A stretch of DNA of 61,215 nt, filler included, from Sphacelaria rigidula (Eukaryota): NCBI GenBank assembly GCA_964200075.2. It is 10 parts of 10 records of this genome, joined end to end, with 100 filler letters (N's around TTAATTAATTAA, not from the genome) between each part and the next. Parts side by side here need not be neighbours in the genome. Positions count along the whole stretch, not along the records: positions 24,529 to 30,560 come from CAXNAA020022682.1; positions 30,661 to 36,692 come from CAXNAA020022683.1; positions 36,793 to 42,823 come from CAXNAA020022684.1; 7 more parts are not named here. The stretch is one strand, 5' to 3'. The notes beneath the pieces are model-generated. The model saw only the letters and a list, made by a program, of their open reading frames with translations, was not told the DNA's origin and made no database searches. Below, piece by piece: positions 25,442 through 38,479 of the stretch (position 1 is the stretch's first letter; every line of letters begins with the position of its first letter). Both the position numbers and the translations under genes were made by a program.

Positions 25442-25703
25442 CTGTCCGTTTCCTAGCACAGCCGCCCATTCGCCCGCTTCCGAGTCGTCTAACCCGAGGA
25501 GGTCCGGTCCCCTGAGTGTGGTCCACTCCGTGCTATCGGCTGACAGCGATAGCGTTCCATCCTCGGCCTCCCGTGCCTCGGCGAACGTGCCGTATGTTGC
25601 CTCGAACCCATCATCTTGGCTGTAGCGATCGCTACTGTTGCTGCTGCTTGAAGCGGATCCAGAGCGTAATCGATTCTCTCCGCTGCTGGCGGAACTTCTG
25701 CCG
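25442..25703 (-). CDS. Third visible exon of Tudor/Agenet-like protein (low complexity, acidic)
   Basis: caacag acceptor, CAG|gtaggg donor; 262 bp open, entry phase 2 matches the exon ending at 26154. Confidence 0.6.
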
Positions 25704-26153
25704 CTGTTGTTTGCGCAGGGTTAAACCATCATCAATGATGCGAACAAAGTGTACAGTAGTAATACAGTTCTGACCGTGGAGTACGACAATCAACAGGGGG
25801 TTTCTTGTAATACACGTGAAAATATATCACACGTTGAATGCCGAAATCAGTATTGGAAAAAAAAAAAGTGATACGATTCGGGTACCTCGGTCGGAGAATA
25901 GCTGTGGTATGGCCGCAAGCAACAGCGCTGGCTCAAAAGTTTAAGAACCAGAAACTGTGGTCATCCTCTAGATGATTGACTTGCTGGTTGTTTGGCTTAG
26001 TATGCTATTCATGGTGTCGCACTACAGCAACTAATTCACAACGAAGGTAGCCGTAAGCAACAAGATGTACGTTCCCGTCGCAGCATCGGCCGGAGAGGAA
26101 ACTCGACTAAAAAACAACCAAGTGAAGAAAAATGATGTCGGGGGGGGGGGCAC

Positions 26154-26534
26154 CTCCTGTGAGCAGCACCATCTTCTCCACCGTTGCTCGCTTCAGCACC
26201 CTTGCGCTGGTGGTGTGTCTCGATGGATACCTGCCGAGTTGGCGACGGCGCACGCCCGACTTCCCCGTGCGATACCGCTGGTGGACCTGCCATGTCGGCT
26301 CGGGCGTCGCAATCGAAGCCCTCGCGCTGTCTCGCCATGTGGTCAAGGGGGTGCTCTACCACATTGCTGCCCCTGCTGCCACCACCCGTTCTCGAGGTAT
26401 TGAACTCTGCTCGTGAACCGTGGCGGATATCCGTACCAAGGACGCGAGGGCCATGATGGCGATGGTCTTCCTCTCGAGTCGTCGAGTTGATCGCTGTTGG
26501 TATCGGTTTGCTCGCAAGAGTCCCCGTGTGATCT

Positions 26535-26587
<53 letters not shown>

Positions 26588-27164
26588 TCGCGTTGTCCTT
26601 GACGGATCTCGTTCCAAGTAACAAGAGTGCACGCGGAATCTTCTTCCCTCAGCTCCCCGCTGATTCTCTTCGAGCGGGTCTCCAGGGAATCTTCCCGCAA
26701 ATGGTTTCCTCTCTGGACTATTCTCCTCAGAGACCGCAGCCATGGCTGGGACTATTTCCCGATGATCTCCGTCCACAGCACCATGCCCGGGGCTTTCAGC
26801 TGTGCTCCCTACGTCAACTTGAGGCATGTCCACTGTGAACGCTGCCCCTGCTGCCGCTTCCTCGTTCTTTGTGCTATCATCGAAGCGGTCGCGATTGTCA
26901 ACCCCGCCTCGAGCTCGGTCGTCACCCTTCTCGTGATTTTGGTCGCCAAGTAAGCTGCTATTGTTAGCCCTGTCCACCCCCCGAAGATCGACCTCCTCAT
27001 CATTGCTACCGTGGCTGCTGCTGCTGCTGCTCCTGCTCCAGCTGCTGCTGCGGAAGCGCACATCTTCTCGACCGTCGATCTCTCCGAGATCTTCTTCATC
27101 TCCGTCGTCGTATGTGACGTGGTAGCCGCTGGTCGGGTCGTATCTGTCTAGCTTCCCGCAATAC
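26154..27164 (-). CDS. Large exon: second half of Tudor/Agenet-like domain, then disordered Ser-rich and poly-Q (18 Q, 26534-26587) region
   Basis: gacaag|G TAT TGC...: (W)YCGKLDRYDPTSGYHVTYDDGDEEDL, continuous with ORF 26036..27061; donor GAG|gtgccc at 26153 is inferred. Confidence 0.7.
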
Positions 27165-27708
27165 CTTGTCGAGTCATTCAGCGGCGGGGCGAGGTATTAG
27201 TCTGCAGCAAAGAACTCACCAGCGACGAAACCACCCATTCCTGCTTCGTCAAACACGGCTCTAGGAAAGTCGTTCGACGAGGCAGGGCGGTGTGGCACGA
27301 GAGATGTGTGTTTGCAACTGTACACTCGGAGATTACCCTCACAGCCATCCGACACCGATGCTCTGATGTGTAACACTTCCAGCGTGGGCTTGAAACCAAG
27401 CAGGTCCCTCTGGTAACATCATCGAGTGAAAGGGGGAAAACGACGAGAGTAAAGACAAACACAGAACACCAATGTTCGTGGACTGCGCAACCCTTCGGCT
27501 AACCCTTCGGCTACCATAAGCCTCCCTCTGCTACCGCCGCACGGCGCTGTAGTGGTAGTGGCGACAGAGATGGAGGGGTTACGCCGTCGTCGTCAGAATA
27601 GTACAATCGTGCAGGGGCGAGAAAAAGGCTGAGTACGGGGAGAAGCAGGATGGGTGCTACGGTCATCGCGATCTCGCAGTAGCGCCCACGAGGTAGTCAT
27701 CAACCCAC

Positions 27709-27842
27709 CATTGTCCACCTTGCTGGTCGTCGTCTTCTTCTGAGGGCCAGAATACGTCCGCCCGTCGTCCCACGTGACTCATGTCCTCCTTTTGCCCTGA
27801 TTCTTTTGAGCGGACACGCAGCATCGATCGGTCAGCAACCAT
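27709..27842 (-). CDS. First visible exon of Tudor/Agenet-like protein (MVADRSML...HVGRRADVFWPSEEDDDQQGGQ(W))
   Basis: TG|gtgggt donor in phase 2 joins to give VGRR..VFWP...WY.G....YD....YHVTYDDGDEE, the Tudor-like pattern of plant PDS5/MSH6-type domains; 5' end uncertain. Confidence 0.65.
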
Positions 27843-28033
27843 GAGGGGCTGTAGATACGAAACGCGGTGAGTAATGGTTCAACCCCGAATGGCCCATTAG
27901 GTTTGCGATTCGGCACCTACATCCACGGTTGGGCGCGCGTTTGACTTGGCGCGGCCGTTCGAGTGATTTTACCCCTCCTGAAGAAACAACGCCTCCCAAC
28001 GAGGCATCGACTATGCGATACTTGTGTATGGCA

Positions 28034-28345
28034 GCCGCCGCGCTCCAGTGGTGTAACGGTCCGACTGCCGCTTTTAGGGTGGAGAGAACGAGGGTTCGAT
28101 TCCCGATGCGTTGGATTTTTTCTTCGTCATGTATGATTTTCACCGTGGAAAGCGTGAGAGCGTGAGTATACAAAGTAGTCGACTGAGTTCGTTTAACGTG
28201 AGTTGACGCGGTGCGGGAGTAGTGCTGGCCCCATCCGCGAGACCAAAATGCAAGGCGTGTACCACCGGGGAGAGATGGGTTGACCCATCCCTTGAGACCA
28301 CGGACTCATCCCGAAGAAGGGGAGGGGTTCAAAGTGCGACAAATG
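28034..28345 (+). mobile_element. tRNA-like head followed by family A body (putative full SINE)
   Basis: A box TGGTGTAACGG 28049-28059, B box GGTTCGATTCC 28093-28103; body 28195-28345; A-rich tail after. Confidence 0.55.
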
Positions 28346-29139
28346 GGAAAAATATATTATAAAAATAAAATAATATCAGGGTGTGCGTGTAACGATCACG
28401 TCATCGTTCCGAACGATGGACGGGTGCACTCCGCTTGAAGTATACGTATCTCTGCTTCGACGGGCCTACTTTTATACGACCTTCTCGGCTGAAGCCGTGG
28501 CAAAGAGGCCTGGACTGTCGGAATGTGTTCCGAACCCGGATCAGTTTTCAGGTACGGCACCTGTATCCATTTGGCCCCTCTCTTTTTTTCTTCCTCCTTC
28601 TTTATTTCTCTCGTGTTTTCCTTCTTTTTTTTTTCCCTCCTTCTCTCTGCTTGTCCTTCAGCGAGTGATTCCCACTCAGGCTCATTATTATCGACACTAT
28701 TTTTTTCTCGAGATTCCAGAAATTTTTAGAGTATTTGGATTCTGCGTTCACACTTCTCCGACGATGAAGCGGCTTGATTTTTTCTCTCCGAAGCTACATT
28801 TTTGTACAAGTCCGAAAAAAATCGGACTGCAACACAGCACTTCGGTGGGTTGCCCTGTGAATATGCCGTGGCGCTCGCGAGCATTCGAGAATAATCACGT
28901 ACCTTGCCGTTCCCGACAATTCCGGAAATCTCCGAAAAAACAGCGTCCATAATAACGGGCCTTACTTGCTTGAGTGCAGCTATCTTGTGACAACCATGGG
29001 GGTCAATAGGCGATCACTTCGTGCGCGACAACCAACCGACGGACACGTCATCTCTCGTCGTCCTCGTGCGGTTGATGTGTTCATGGTTCCAAAGGGCGGT
29101 TTCACGGCTCTCCTAGAGTCCCACAACCCCAACTCGACG

Positions 29140-30290
29140 TAACACCTCGAGGGTACTTGAGATAATGCCGAGTCCGAGTGCGGGTATTCTGGGGGTGTCA
29201 ATATTCCGGTGTTATCGGTATTCCAGGTGCTCTGAACTGCCTCAGTATTCCGCCCGTTGATATTCCAGATCCTTTTGAATACTCCTTGGGTAAAGGAGCC
29301 GGTACCCTATTTGCTGGAGGTGTGCAGTAGTACTTCACTAGGCAATCCCGGGTACCACATCGAGAATTTGAGGGAATGAGCTCTCCAGGCAATCTCGGAT
29401 ATTCAGGATTTTGGAGAAGTCTGAGCACTTCAAGTTATCTGGAATACTCAGTGCTTCGGGAAGTCGGTGGTCCAGGTACCCGGGTGTACGGAGAATTTTG
29501 CTACGAGTACGGATCCCAAGAATGGCATCGATTCTCTCTGGGGTGAGTACTCAAGGTACCCTAGGGCACAACTCAGTATTTTGGAGTCATCTCAGCACGC
29601 CATGTGCTGTGAAATGCTCAGAATTTTTTATAATCGCTCATGCAGAGCCCCCGGTCCGTAGCCCTCGGCACTAACTGTACGTAAAACCTTCTGCAATCTG
29701 CAGGCATTTTACCTATACCACCACAACCCTGCACGACACGCTACTGTATTTTACTCTCTGTAATGTGGGTCCGCTGATGATGAGTATGCGAAAAGTATGG
29801 CGTAGCTGGACGAAGCTCGATAATTTTCGCCGTTGTGGCTTGTGCCGCAAACGGTATTGCCCTATTCATCTATGATGCGTGTATTACACTGTACGCATTG
29901 TAGACTATTCTCCAGCACTGAGATCGGATATCACCTCGAGATACTCAATACCTTCCCGCAGGCATACTCCGGGTAACCGGGAATAATCAGTGCACTCGAG
30001 AAATTGATATTCAAGATCCTCTGGAATACTGAGTACTCCGGCAGTGGACACTCCAGGTCCCCTGGAGTAACCAGTAGTTCGGGGAGTCAGTATTCCACAT
30101 GTTCGGGTTCCTGCGCGCTTTGGTGAGACTCCCGAATACAGTACCATAGCGAGTATTTGGGGGATGGGTGTTTCAGGCGCTCTGCGGCACCCAGTACTCT
30201 GGATGAGTCTCAGGACTTCAGGAGCTCTGAAAAAGCACATTGGAGTTATGCTGCGATACGAGACGGGGGGTATTCGGGGCATTTCTTCCA
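29140..30290. repeat. Two diverged blocks (29140-29600, 29905-30290) of GAGTAC/GTACTC-rich degenerate repeats
   Basis: Recurrent ggaatact.agt.ct.cgg, gatatt/cactccag.tcc motifs. Confidence 0.45.
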
Positions 30291-30468
30291 CGAAGTTCCA
30301 CCTCAAATCGTCGTTGAAAGTACCGACGTTTGTTTGAACGCGCCTGTTAGCAATAAGACACAGTCACGCATACCCCTCGATACCGTCTTCACCCAAATAC
30401 AGCGCACTGGGAGTATTTAGGCCGCATGACACACCTGTGAGCCCCTGTTTTTCGTTAAATCTAACACC

Positions 30469-30513
<45 letters not shown>

Positions 30514-30560
30514 CCCAAACCGCGCACAACAAAAACAAGAAAAAAGAAAAAAAAAAAAAA

Positions 30561-30660
30561 NNNNNNNNNNNNNNNNNNNNNNNNNNNNNNNNNNNNNNNN
30601 NNNNTTAATTAATTAANNNNNNNNNNNNNNNNNNNNNNNNNNNNNNNNNNNNNNNNNNNN
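30561..30660. other. Artificial contig linker
   Basis: N44-TTAATTAATTAA-N44. Confidence 0.98.
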
Positions 30661-30799
30661 GCTGCTTTCAACGACGATCTGACTCGAAATTTCGAGCAAG
30701 AAATGGCCCAAAATACCCCCCCCCCCTATCGTAGCGTACCTCGGTAGTCAACTAGCTGTCGAGAATTCTTCAGGCCTTGCAGCTGTAGCAGGACTTTTG

Positions 30800-33700
30800 C
30801 TCCCAGACGTGAGGGTGTTTGAAGATCAGAGGTTGGTGGAAGGATTTGACGATACCCCGTTCCAAGATTTTTTTTCACGTTTCTTGAGGATGGATGAACT
30901 TAGTGGTACGAGTGAAAGGAGTATGGATCTTGCTATTCTTGCCTCCGATGCGCGACCTCATACAGTAGGGAAACCCAACCGTGAAGTGGACGTAAATTTT
31001 TCCCACGTTTCCCTTGCCCATGCAAATGAAGCCCTATTGCGAGCTACTGCCGAACACCAGGGAACCACGCTCACTGGCACGCTACTACCATGCTCCGGTT
31101 GTTTGAAGGCAAAGGGGCGTAGGGCTGGCATTCCACGGCGCCTGAGTTTTCGTGCGACCTTTGTCCTCGGCATGGTGCATCTCGACCTGACGGGCCCACA
31201 TCCACGGACGTTGGGAGGCTCGACGTACATGCTGGCGTGTGTCGACAGAAAATACCGTTTCAATATGCTTTACGGCCTCTCGAGCAAAGCTGACACGCTT
31301 TCGAAAGTGAAGCGCTATATCGCTGACGTGAGCATGATCGGTTGGCCGCGCTGCTTCTGGATGGACAATGGTAGTGAATTTACCTCCACGACGTTCGCCA
31401 CATTCTGCAATGAATCCCGGATTCGCCGCGAGTACACCGCTCCTGACACCCCCAAGCACAATGCCGTTGTTGAGAATCCAATTTGGCGTGTGATGAAGGC
31501 GGGGCACGCAGCACGGTGGGAGGCGTTTCGTCTTTTTCCGAATGCCGGCATCGGGGACATCCTTCACCTGGGCAAGGACTTGGAACTCTTGGGGTTGGAG
31601 GTAGCTGTATGGGCAGCGGACGGCTTCAACCGTTCGGCAACAACAGCCAACCCAGGACAGACGTCTCCTTATCGCGTCTTCACCGGGAAGGCTCCGCCGG
31701 TACAGATCGTCCCATTTCTGCAGCCAGGTATGATGCGGGTAAACCGACGACACAAGCCGGAGTTGCAGTCTGTTGCTTGTCATTACCTCAATAATGGCAG
31801 CAACCACTCTTCCACGACCGTCAAGGTCGTAAAGGCTGCAACTGGGCATGTCTGCCACACCAACAACGTAGTTTGGACTGTTCCGCGTCAGCCCCTGCAG
31901 TCGGCAGCGACGCCGCTCGCCGGGTGGGGGGGGGGGATGATGCGGTTGTCGTCGACGCACACTCTCCGCCGCCGGCGCAATCTCAGTCCATCATACTCGA
32001 ATTTCAACAGCCGTCGCCGCCGCCGCCGCCGAGTCATCTGCAACCGCCCCCGCCGTCGCCGCCACAGCCGACGTCTACGAGCCACACGCCACCGCCGCCG
32101 CCGCTGGCGACGACGACGACGACGACGTCTTCGAGCTATCAGCAGTTGCCGCCGCAGCAGCCGTCGTCGTCGACGCCTTCGAGTCCCCAGCAATCGCTGC
32201 CGCCGCCGTCGCCGCCGCCGCCGTCGACTCCGACTTCGCCCCCGATTTTCACCAACACTCCGGGGCCTTCGCCGATATCCTCGGCACCATCGCCTGTGCC
32301 TTTGAGGGTTATGAAGGAATTGGGCCTGGAGGACAACCCCCGGTAGCCTGGACGCACGCGTTCGAGGACCGCACAGTACAACGCGGAAAACTCTAACAAG
32401 ACAGCTCTCATACACCACAGCATGGATCTCATGGAGCAGATGGACAAACAGTCTTTGTTGTCTGCTCTCCTCACGCGTGACGTCGTAGATGCCGGGAGGC
32501 GCGGGCGGCCGCCGATGCGGAATACACCAAACCTGGCGACGCGGGCGGATATTGAAGCAGCTAAGCATGAGGACCGCCGGGCGCCCGATCCGCCCGAGCT
32601 TCCTCAGTGCCCTGCGAAGGACCTGAAGGTGCCGAAAAGCTATGAGCAAGCAATCAACTCCGAGTACGGTGGACTTTGGGAAGACTCCATGGACCGGGAA
32701 TGGTGGAGCATCTTCGACGCAGGGACTGTTGATGCTGCCGAATAGCAAATAGATGAGAATTACATTCATGCTAAATGGGTGTATAATTGGAAGGCGGATA
32801 AGTTTGGCTGGTCCACGAAGATGAAGTCGAGGTTAGTAGCAAGAGGAGACATGCAGAGAGCAAACGTATATTTTGGATAACTGTATGCCCCCACCGTAGC
32901 TGTTTCTAGTGTGCGTTTGTTGGCGGCTATGGCTTGTGAACAGGATCTTGCATTGCGTCATTTTGACATAAAGCAAGCTCTTGTTCAGTCCGAGTTGGAA
33001 GAGGATGTGTTCATGCACTTGCCGCCTGGTTGTGGTAGCTTGTCTGGTAAGATAGTAAGATTGAATCGCTCATTATATGGGTTGAAACAAGCGAGTAGGC
33101 AATGACATAACCACTTGGCAAAGTGCTTGAGAGGCATGGGATTTGAGCAATTTTTGGCCGATTCATGTGTATTTCGATTGATGAAGGATAGGGTGATCAT
33201 CATAATCGTAGTATATGTAGACGACATCTTTGCGGTGGGAGACAAGGATAAGTGTGACGAGCTCGGTGTGGAACTCAACAAGATGGTTCCGGTGAAGAAT
33301 CTTGGAGATTTTCGGTCGTATTATGGGCTATACTATGAGAGAGACATCGAGAGAGGGGCTATTAAGATTTGGCAGCAGACTTACGCGGAGGAGTTGGCGA
33401 AGGAGTACGAAGTTGAGAAAGGGAAACGTATTCCCGTGTCAGCGAGTGTGAAGCTTGAAGAGTTAAGTGCAGAAGAATAGACGACTTTTCCATTTCGGAA
33501 ATTGGTAGGATCATTGACGTGGCTGGCAACTCAAACGAGGCCAGCATATCTAACGCGGTGCGTGCAGTGGCGAGATATTGTTTCTCTCCCAAAATCATTC
33601 ACTGGCGCACTGCACTTGGAATCTTGGGATATGTGAAGCGTACAAGTTCACGAGGTATCACCTTCTACAGAGGTAGCTTTACTGGATTGAGTTTTCAAGT

Positions 33701-34149
33701 GTTCAGTGACGCCGACTATGCCATCAAGGCAGCTGACAGACGGTCGGTGTCTGGGGGATTGATTATGTGTGGGGGTGGATGTGTGTCATGTTTTTTTGAG
33801 GACGCAGAAGTGTGTGACGTTGTCCACAGCGGAGGCTGAGTACGTTGCCATCATTGATGTCATCGAGGAGGTATTGTTTTTGAGACAGGTTTGGCGTTTC
33901 ATGTTGCCAGAGATGGTAATGCCGTGCATTCCCGTGTTTGAGGGAAATGAGGGGGCTATCCAGATTGCGAAGAACTCTGTGACGAATTCCAACTACAAGC
34001 ACATTGACGTGCGACATCATTCCATCAGGGAACTTGTAGCAAGGAAAGATATTTCTCTTATCCGTGTAGCATCGGAATTTCAGCATGCCAATTTCTTGAC
34101 GAAAGTGTTGCCGACGGGAACTTTTACGTTTCACCATATTTTGCCATGA
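30800..34149 (+). mobile_element. Ty1/copia pol pseudogene: pre-integrase zinc finger, integrase, Pro-rich linker, RT, RNase H
   Basis: HVSLAH...CSGC, VHLDLTGP, MDNGSEF, RSLYGLKQASRQ, VYVDDI, FSDADYA, LSTAEAEYVA, KHIDVRHH; INT before RT (copia order); several stops and frameshifts. Confidence 0.95.
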
Positions 34150-34678
34150 GCATTATGTGAGTTTCCGGCAATGTAGTATATTGATATAACTTGGATTGTG
34201 TTGAGTTAATTCAGTTGATACAACAACTTGATTGTATTCTTTGATGAGAATTGAGTAGGTATATGCTGACTTGAGGATAATATTATTGAAGGGACTAAAA
34301 TCCATATATGGTGTTATTCAAGGCTGGGCTAGTGGTGTGTTGAATTTGAGATGGTTGGATTTATTGTCTAAGTGGATTTTGTTTTAGCAAGTATTGTCAT
34401 GGGTTTGAAAATTGATGTTCTGAACAATGTTGAATGAAAGAAGGGAGGCAATAGAGACTTTCAGTGTACGTTTGAATTAACAGTATCTGATTGAGGTTCG
34501 GACTTAACGGAAGATCGAAATTGGTGGGAAAAGACCATTCCAAGTTTGGGGGGAATTGATTGTATGGTGAAGAGATATGTATGTGTGATATTGACACCAT
34601 TACAGTAGTGTGCTGAAGGATCATGACTTTGATGTTTTTGAAGATAATTTGTGAGCAATTGGCCACGGGCAGGGAGGC

Positions 34679-35093
34679 TAATCGAATTTGCCCGCACCAA
34701 TTCTCCCGAAATGTATCATAAAGTTGGGTTGTACCCCGAGTGGACAGCGGGTACAGACGGTCAGATAAGGGTACTACAGACGGTAACTTAGCGGTAAATT
34801 AGCGGAGATACTCGGTGTGCCATGAAGCAATGATCTTGGCAATTTGTACATGGAAAAGCGGGACTATGGATAAAGCTAGATGTGGACTATGGATAAAGCT
34901 GAGAATGTGGCCTATGGTGAGACCGGCATGTGGTCTATGAAGGACTTTGAGGTGCGTTTTACGGTTGTGGTCTGAGAACAAGCAATGTTGGAAATCCTCG
35001 TTTTTGCGTTCGGGGTAGCGGAGCTGATCACCACGCCGTTCACTCTCGACTCGGTCTCCAGCTTTCATCATCAAGTATAACTGAATTTCTACA
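34679..35093 (+). repeat. Possible 3' LTR of the contig-6 copia
   Basis: Follows purine tract gggcagggagg and ends ...ttctaca; 5' dinucleotide is TA not TG and no second LTR is available. Confidence 0.35.
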
Positions 35094-35519
35094 CCGGTGT
35101 GTGAGTTTTGGATTTTGTACGTACTGTATTGAAGCAGTATAATAATGAATCAAGTGTGTGTGTTTTTGGGAATCAACAGATAATCTCTGTTATCGTCTGT
35201 TTTTGGCTCAACAGCCATCGCAGTGATCGCTCACATAGCACCCTGCTACAAAGCATCATTGCCTGTGCGATATTTGCAGACGCAACTCCCCGCTACAAAG
35301 CACAGAAGTGCACCTTTTGCTCTTACAAAAAACACGGGCGAGGAGCTCCCTCTCTGCCGTTGGTTCTCTCTCTGGTGATATCGTCATCGACACACGTGTA
35401 CACCGCATTCGTTCGGTGCACCTAACCACAACTACTCCGCTGCTGCAGAATTATGGGAGGGGAAGATCGTTTTGCTCTGTGTAACTGTTTTAGTTTCGTT
35501 TTTTCGGGGGACGTTTAAC

Positions 35520-35593
35520 ATGAGACCACGGCTGGACCCCTGGGGGGTCAGTTAAAGTGCGACAATCGATCAATCAATCAATCAATCAATCAA
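35520..35593 (+). mobile_element. Retroposon 3' end with (ATCA)n tail
   Basis: gaccacggctgga.ccc..g.gg.tcagt....gtgcga.aatc(aatc)n; second copy 42287-42348. Confidence 0.6.
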
Positions 35594-35679
35594 CTGGTTC
35601 GCGTTATTTTTGCATTACCATATGCCACTTAAACCTCGATTTGTAGATCGACCCCCATTTTTCAAATTCCACTGATACA

Positions 35680-36248
35680 TGTTTACCTTGGGTGAGCTAT
35701 CGAGCGTAGCTCATCCGCATGTTTTTCCTGGGTGAGCTAAGAGAGATGCACGAGCTACACATGTTTGCCCTGGGTGAGCTACCGCATGTGGCTCATCCGC
35801 ACATATTTGCCCTGGATGAGCTATGAGCGTTACATGAGCTATACATGTTTGCCCTACATGAGCTACCAACCTGTAGCTCATCAGATCATATTCGTCCTGG
35901 GTGAGCTATGGGAGCTGTATGAGCTACACACGAATGTCATAGGTGAGCTACTAAACAGTAGCTCATAAGCTCATGTTTGTTCTAGGTGAGCTATCAGAGC
36001 TGCACGAGCTACGCATGCTCGCCCTGGATCAGCTACCAACCCGTAGCTCATTAGCTCAGATTCTCCCTGGGTGAACCATGAGAGCTGCCTGAGCTACGCA
36101 TGTTTGTCCTGGGTGAGCTGCCAATCCGTAGCTCATTAGTTCATATTCGTCTTGGGTGAGCTACAGGACGTAGCTCACATGCACATGTTTGACTACAAGA
36201 TAGGTACGGCCCGCAGATGAGCTAGCTCATGAACTGTCCTACGCGTGT
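35680..36248. mobile_element. Second, 5'-truncated copy of the AGCT-minisatellite TIR element
   Basis: Same unit types and terminal gtttgactacaag...gcccgcagatgagctagctcatga..tgtcctacg.gtg as 11340-11417. Confidence 0.75.
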
Positions 36249-36692
36249 AAAGATCAGGAGCGATGTCGACTGTTCTGTAAAGCGCCCCTAAGGACGAAAA
36301 TAAATGAGAAATGAAAACAAAATATATAAATATGAAGGCCCACTTTTGTTTTCTTGGGATGCTCTTGCGATTCCCCATGCTAAGTTTCATATCGTAATTC
36401 GATAAATGAGCTGAATAGTGGAGATAAAGGTCAAGAACGATGTATGTTGTTCCTTCAACCGCTCCTGAAACGACATAAATCGAAACATTGAAAAAAAAAA
36501 AACATGTTTTTCTTTCACCACGCCCTTGCGATACTCCATGCTGAGCTTCATATCGCAATACTAGAAATGAGGTGGAGGACAGAGTTGAGGGCCAAGAACA
36601 ATGACTATTGTTCCGTCAAACGCCCCTAAAAAACGGGGGGGGGGGGGGGGGGGGGGGAATTTTTTTTTTTTTGTCTTTTTTTTTTTGTCCAT

Positions 36693-36792
36693 NNNNNNNN
36701 NNNNNNNNNNNNNNNNNNNNNNNNNNNNNNNNNNNNTTAATTAATTAANNNNNNNNNNNNNNNNNNNNNNNNNNNNNNNNNNNNNNNNNNNN
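36693..36792. other. Artificial contig linker
   Basis: N44-TTAATTAATTAA-N44. Confidence 0.98.
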
Positions 36793-36879
36793 AATCGCTT
36801 CGACTCAACACGAGTTAGCTGAAAACGAGTTTTTTTGTTTTGTTGCTGAGGAAAACAGGGTAGGGCAGCCTGCATTCGG

Positions 36880-38479
36880 TTTGCGTTCACCGGTTGGTCT
36901 ACACGTAAGCCAAATAGAGGCAGCACCAACCAGTATGGATGACATTGCCAAGTCAGAATTTCGAGAGGCATGGTTAGGCGCGATTCAGGCCGAGCTAGGA
37001 AGTCACGAAAAGGCTGGAAAATTTTCGACTGGCCCTGTACGGGAAGCAGCAAACGTGACTTCAGCGAAGTGGGTTTTTAGTTGGAAGACCGACGCAGATG
37101 GTACTGTAACGAAGGCAAAGGCAAGGTTGGTAGCGCGAGGTTTTGGACAACGTTTTGCAGTCGACTATTTCAAGACTTTCGCGGCAACGCCCTCCATGGC
37201 CTCCACCAAACTGGTCATGGCAGTGGCAGTTCAGGAAGAGTGGCCGCTGTATCATTTTGATGTAACACAGGCTTCTGTTCAAGCAGAAATGGATACTGAA
37301 GTGTAAATGAGATCGTCTGAAGGATGCTCCGTTTTGACAGACGTGACCGTAAAGCTTGAAAAATCTATTCACGGGATCAAGCAAGCAGGCAGGCAGTGGT
37401 CTCGTCTCCTGTGTTAAACTTTACTGGAGGATGTCGGGATGGTGCAGTGTGAGGCTGATCCATGTGTTTTCAAGATGGAGGATGCAGGAGACGTGCGTGT
37501 GATTTTAGTTGTCCATGTGGACGACATCCTTTTTAGTGGCTCTGAGGAATACGTAGGAAAGGTGGGCAACATACTCAACAAAAAGTTCCCCACGAACAAT
37601 CTCGGAGAGGTCACCTGGTACATGGGGTGCGCAGTGGATAGAGATTAGGATAGAGGCACGCTGTCTGTGACGCACACCACGTTCACGGACACGCTCCTGA
37701 AGCGTTTTGAGGCGAGGGGGTACTCGGAAATCCCTACCTCTGTTTCTGTAAAGTTAGGGCCGACAACGGGCGAAGATACAAAGGTGAATCGCCCATACTG
37801 TAACGCAGTGGAGGGGTTGATGTGGCTGGCAACAGTCACCAGACCCGACATCACGAATTCGGTACGAGCGCTTGCTCGCCAGTCGCATGACCCATGCGAG
37901 AGGCACTGGGAAGCTGTTATGAAAGTTCCAAAATATCTAAATGAGACGAAGAATTTTGGACTCTGGTTCAAGAAAGCTCATGATGGGCTCTCAGTCTACT
38001 GCGACGCAGATTACGCCAAGAAGGAAACGGATAGGCGTTCGGTTTCAGGGGTAGCCGTGATGTACGGTGGTGTGGTAGTGTCGGCATCGAGCCGCACGCA
38101 ACACTGCGTAACTCTGTCAACTACGGAGGCAGAGTATGTTGCAATGGCCGAGGGGGCAAAGGAGGGATTGTTTATGAAGGCAGTGTTGACGTTCTTGCGA
38201 CCGCAGACTGTGTCGGGAAGCGGGGAGAACCAAGGTATTCTTTTGTACGAGGACAACGAGGGAGCAGGAGCTTTGGCCGAAAATCCTCTCAGTTCCGAAA
38301 GGAGTAAGCACATAGACGCGAGGTATCACTTCATTCGAGAGCTGGTAGGGACAGGAAAGGTCAGGGTTGTACATGTAGGCTCAGGATGGCAGCATGCAGA
38401 TATTTTGACGAAGCCTCTTTCGATCAGCCTGTTTACGAGGCACAGGCGTTTTTTTATGAACTTGGAAGGTGACAAGTAG
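36880..38479 (+). mobile_element. Ty1/copia RT-RNase H pseudogene
   Basis: AKWVFSWK, KARLVARGF, VHVDDIL, TRPDI, YCDADYA, LSTTEAEYVA, KHIDARYHFIRE; in-frame stops near 37304, 37415 and 37646. Confidence 0.95.

Noticed and set aside
31888..32769. Arg-rich ORFs (293 aa minus strand; tail of the 502-aa plus ORF)
   Set aside because: Shadow frames of the CCG-rich copia linker.
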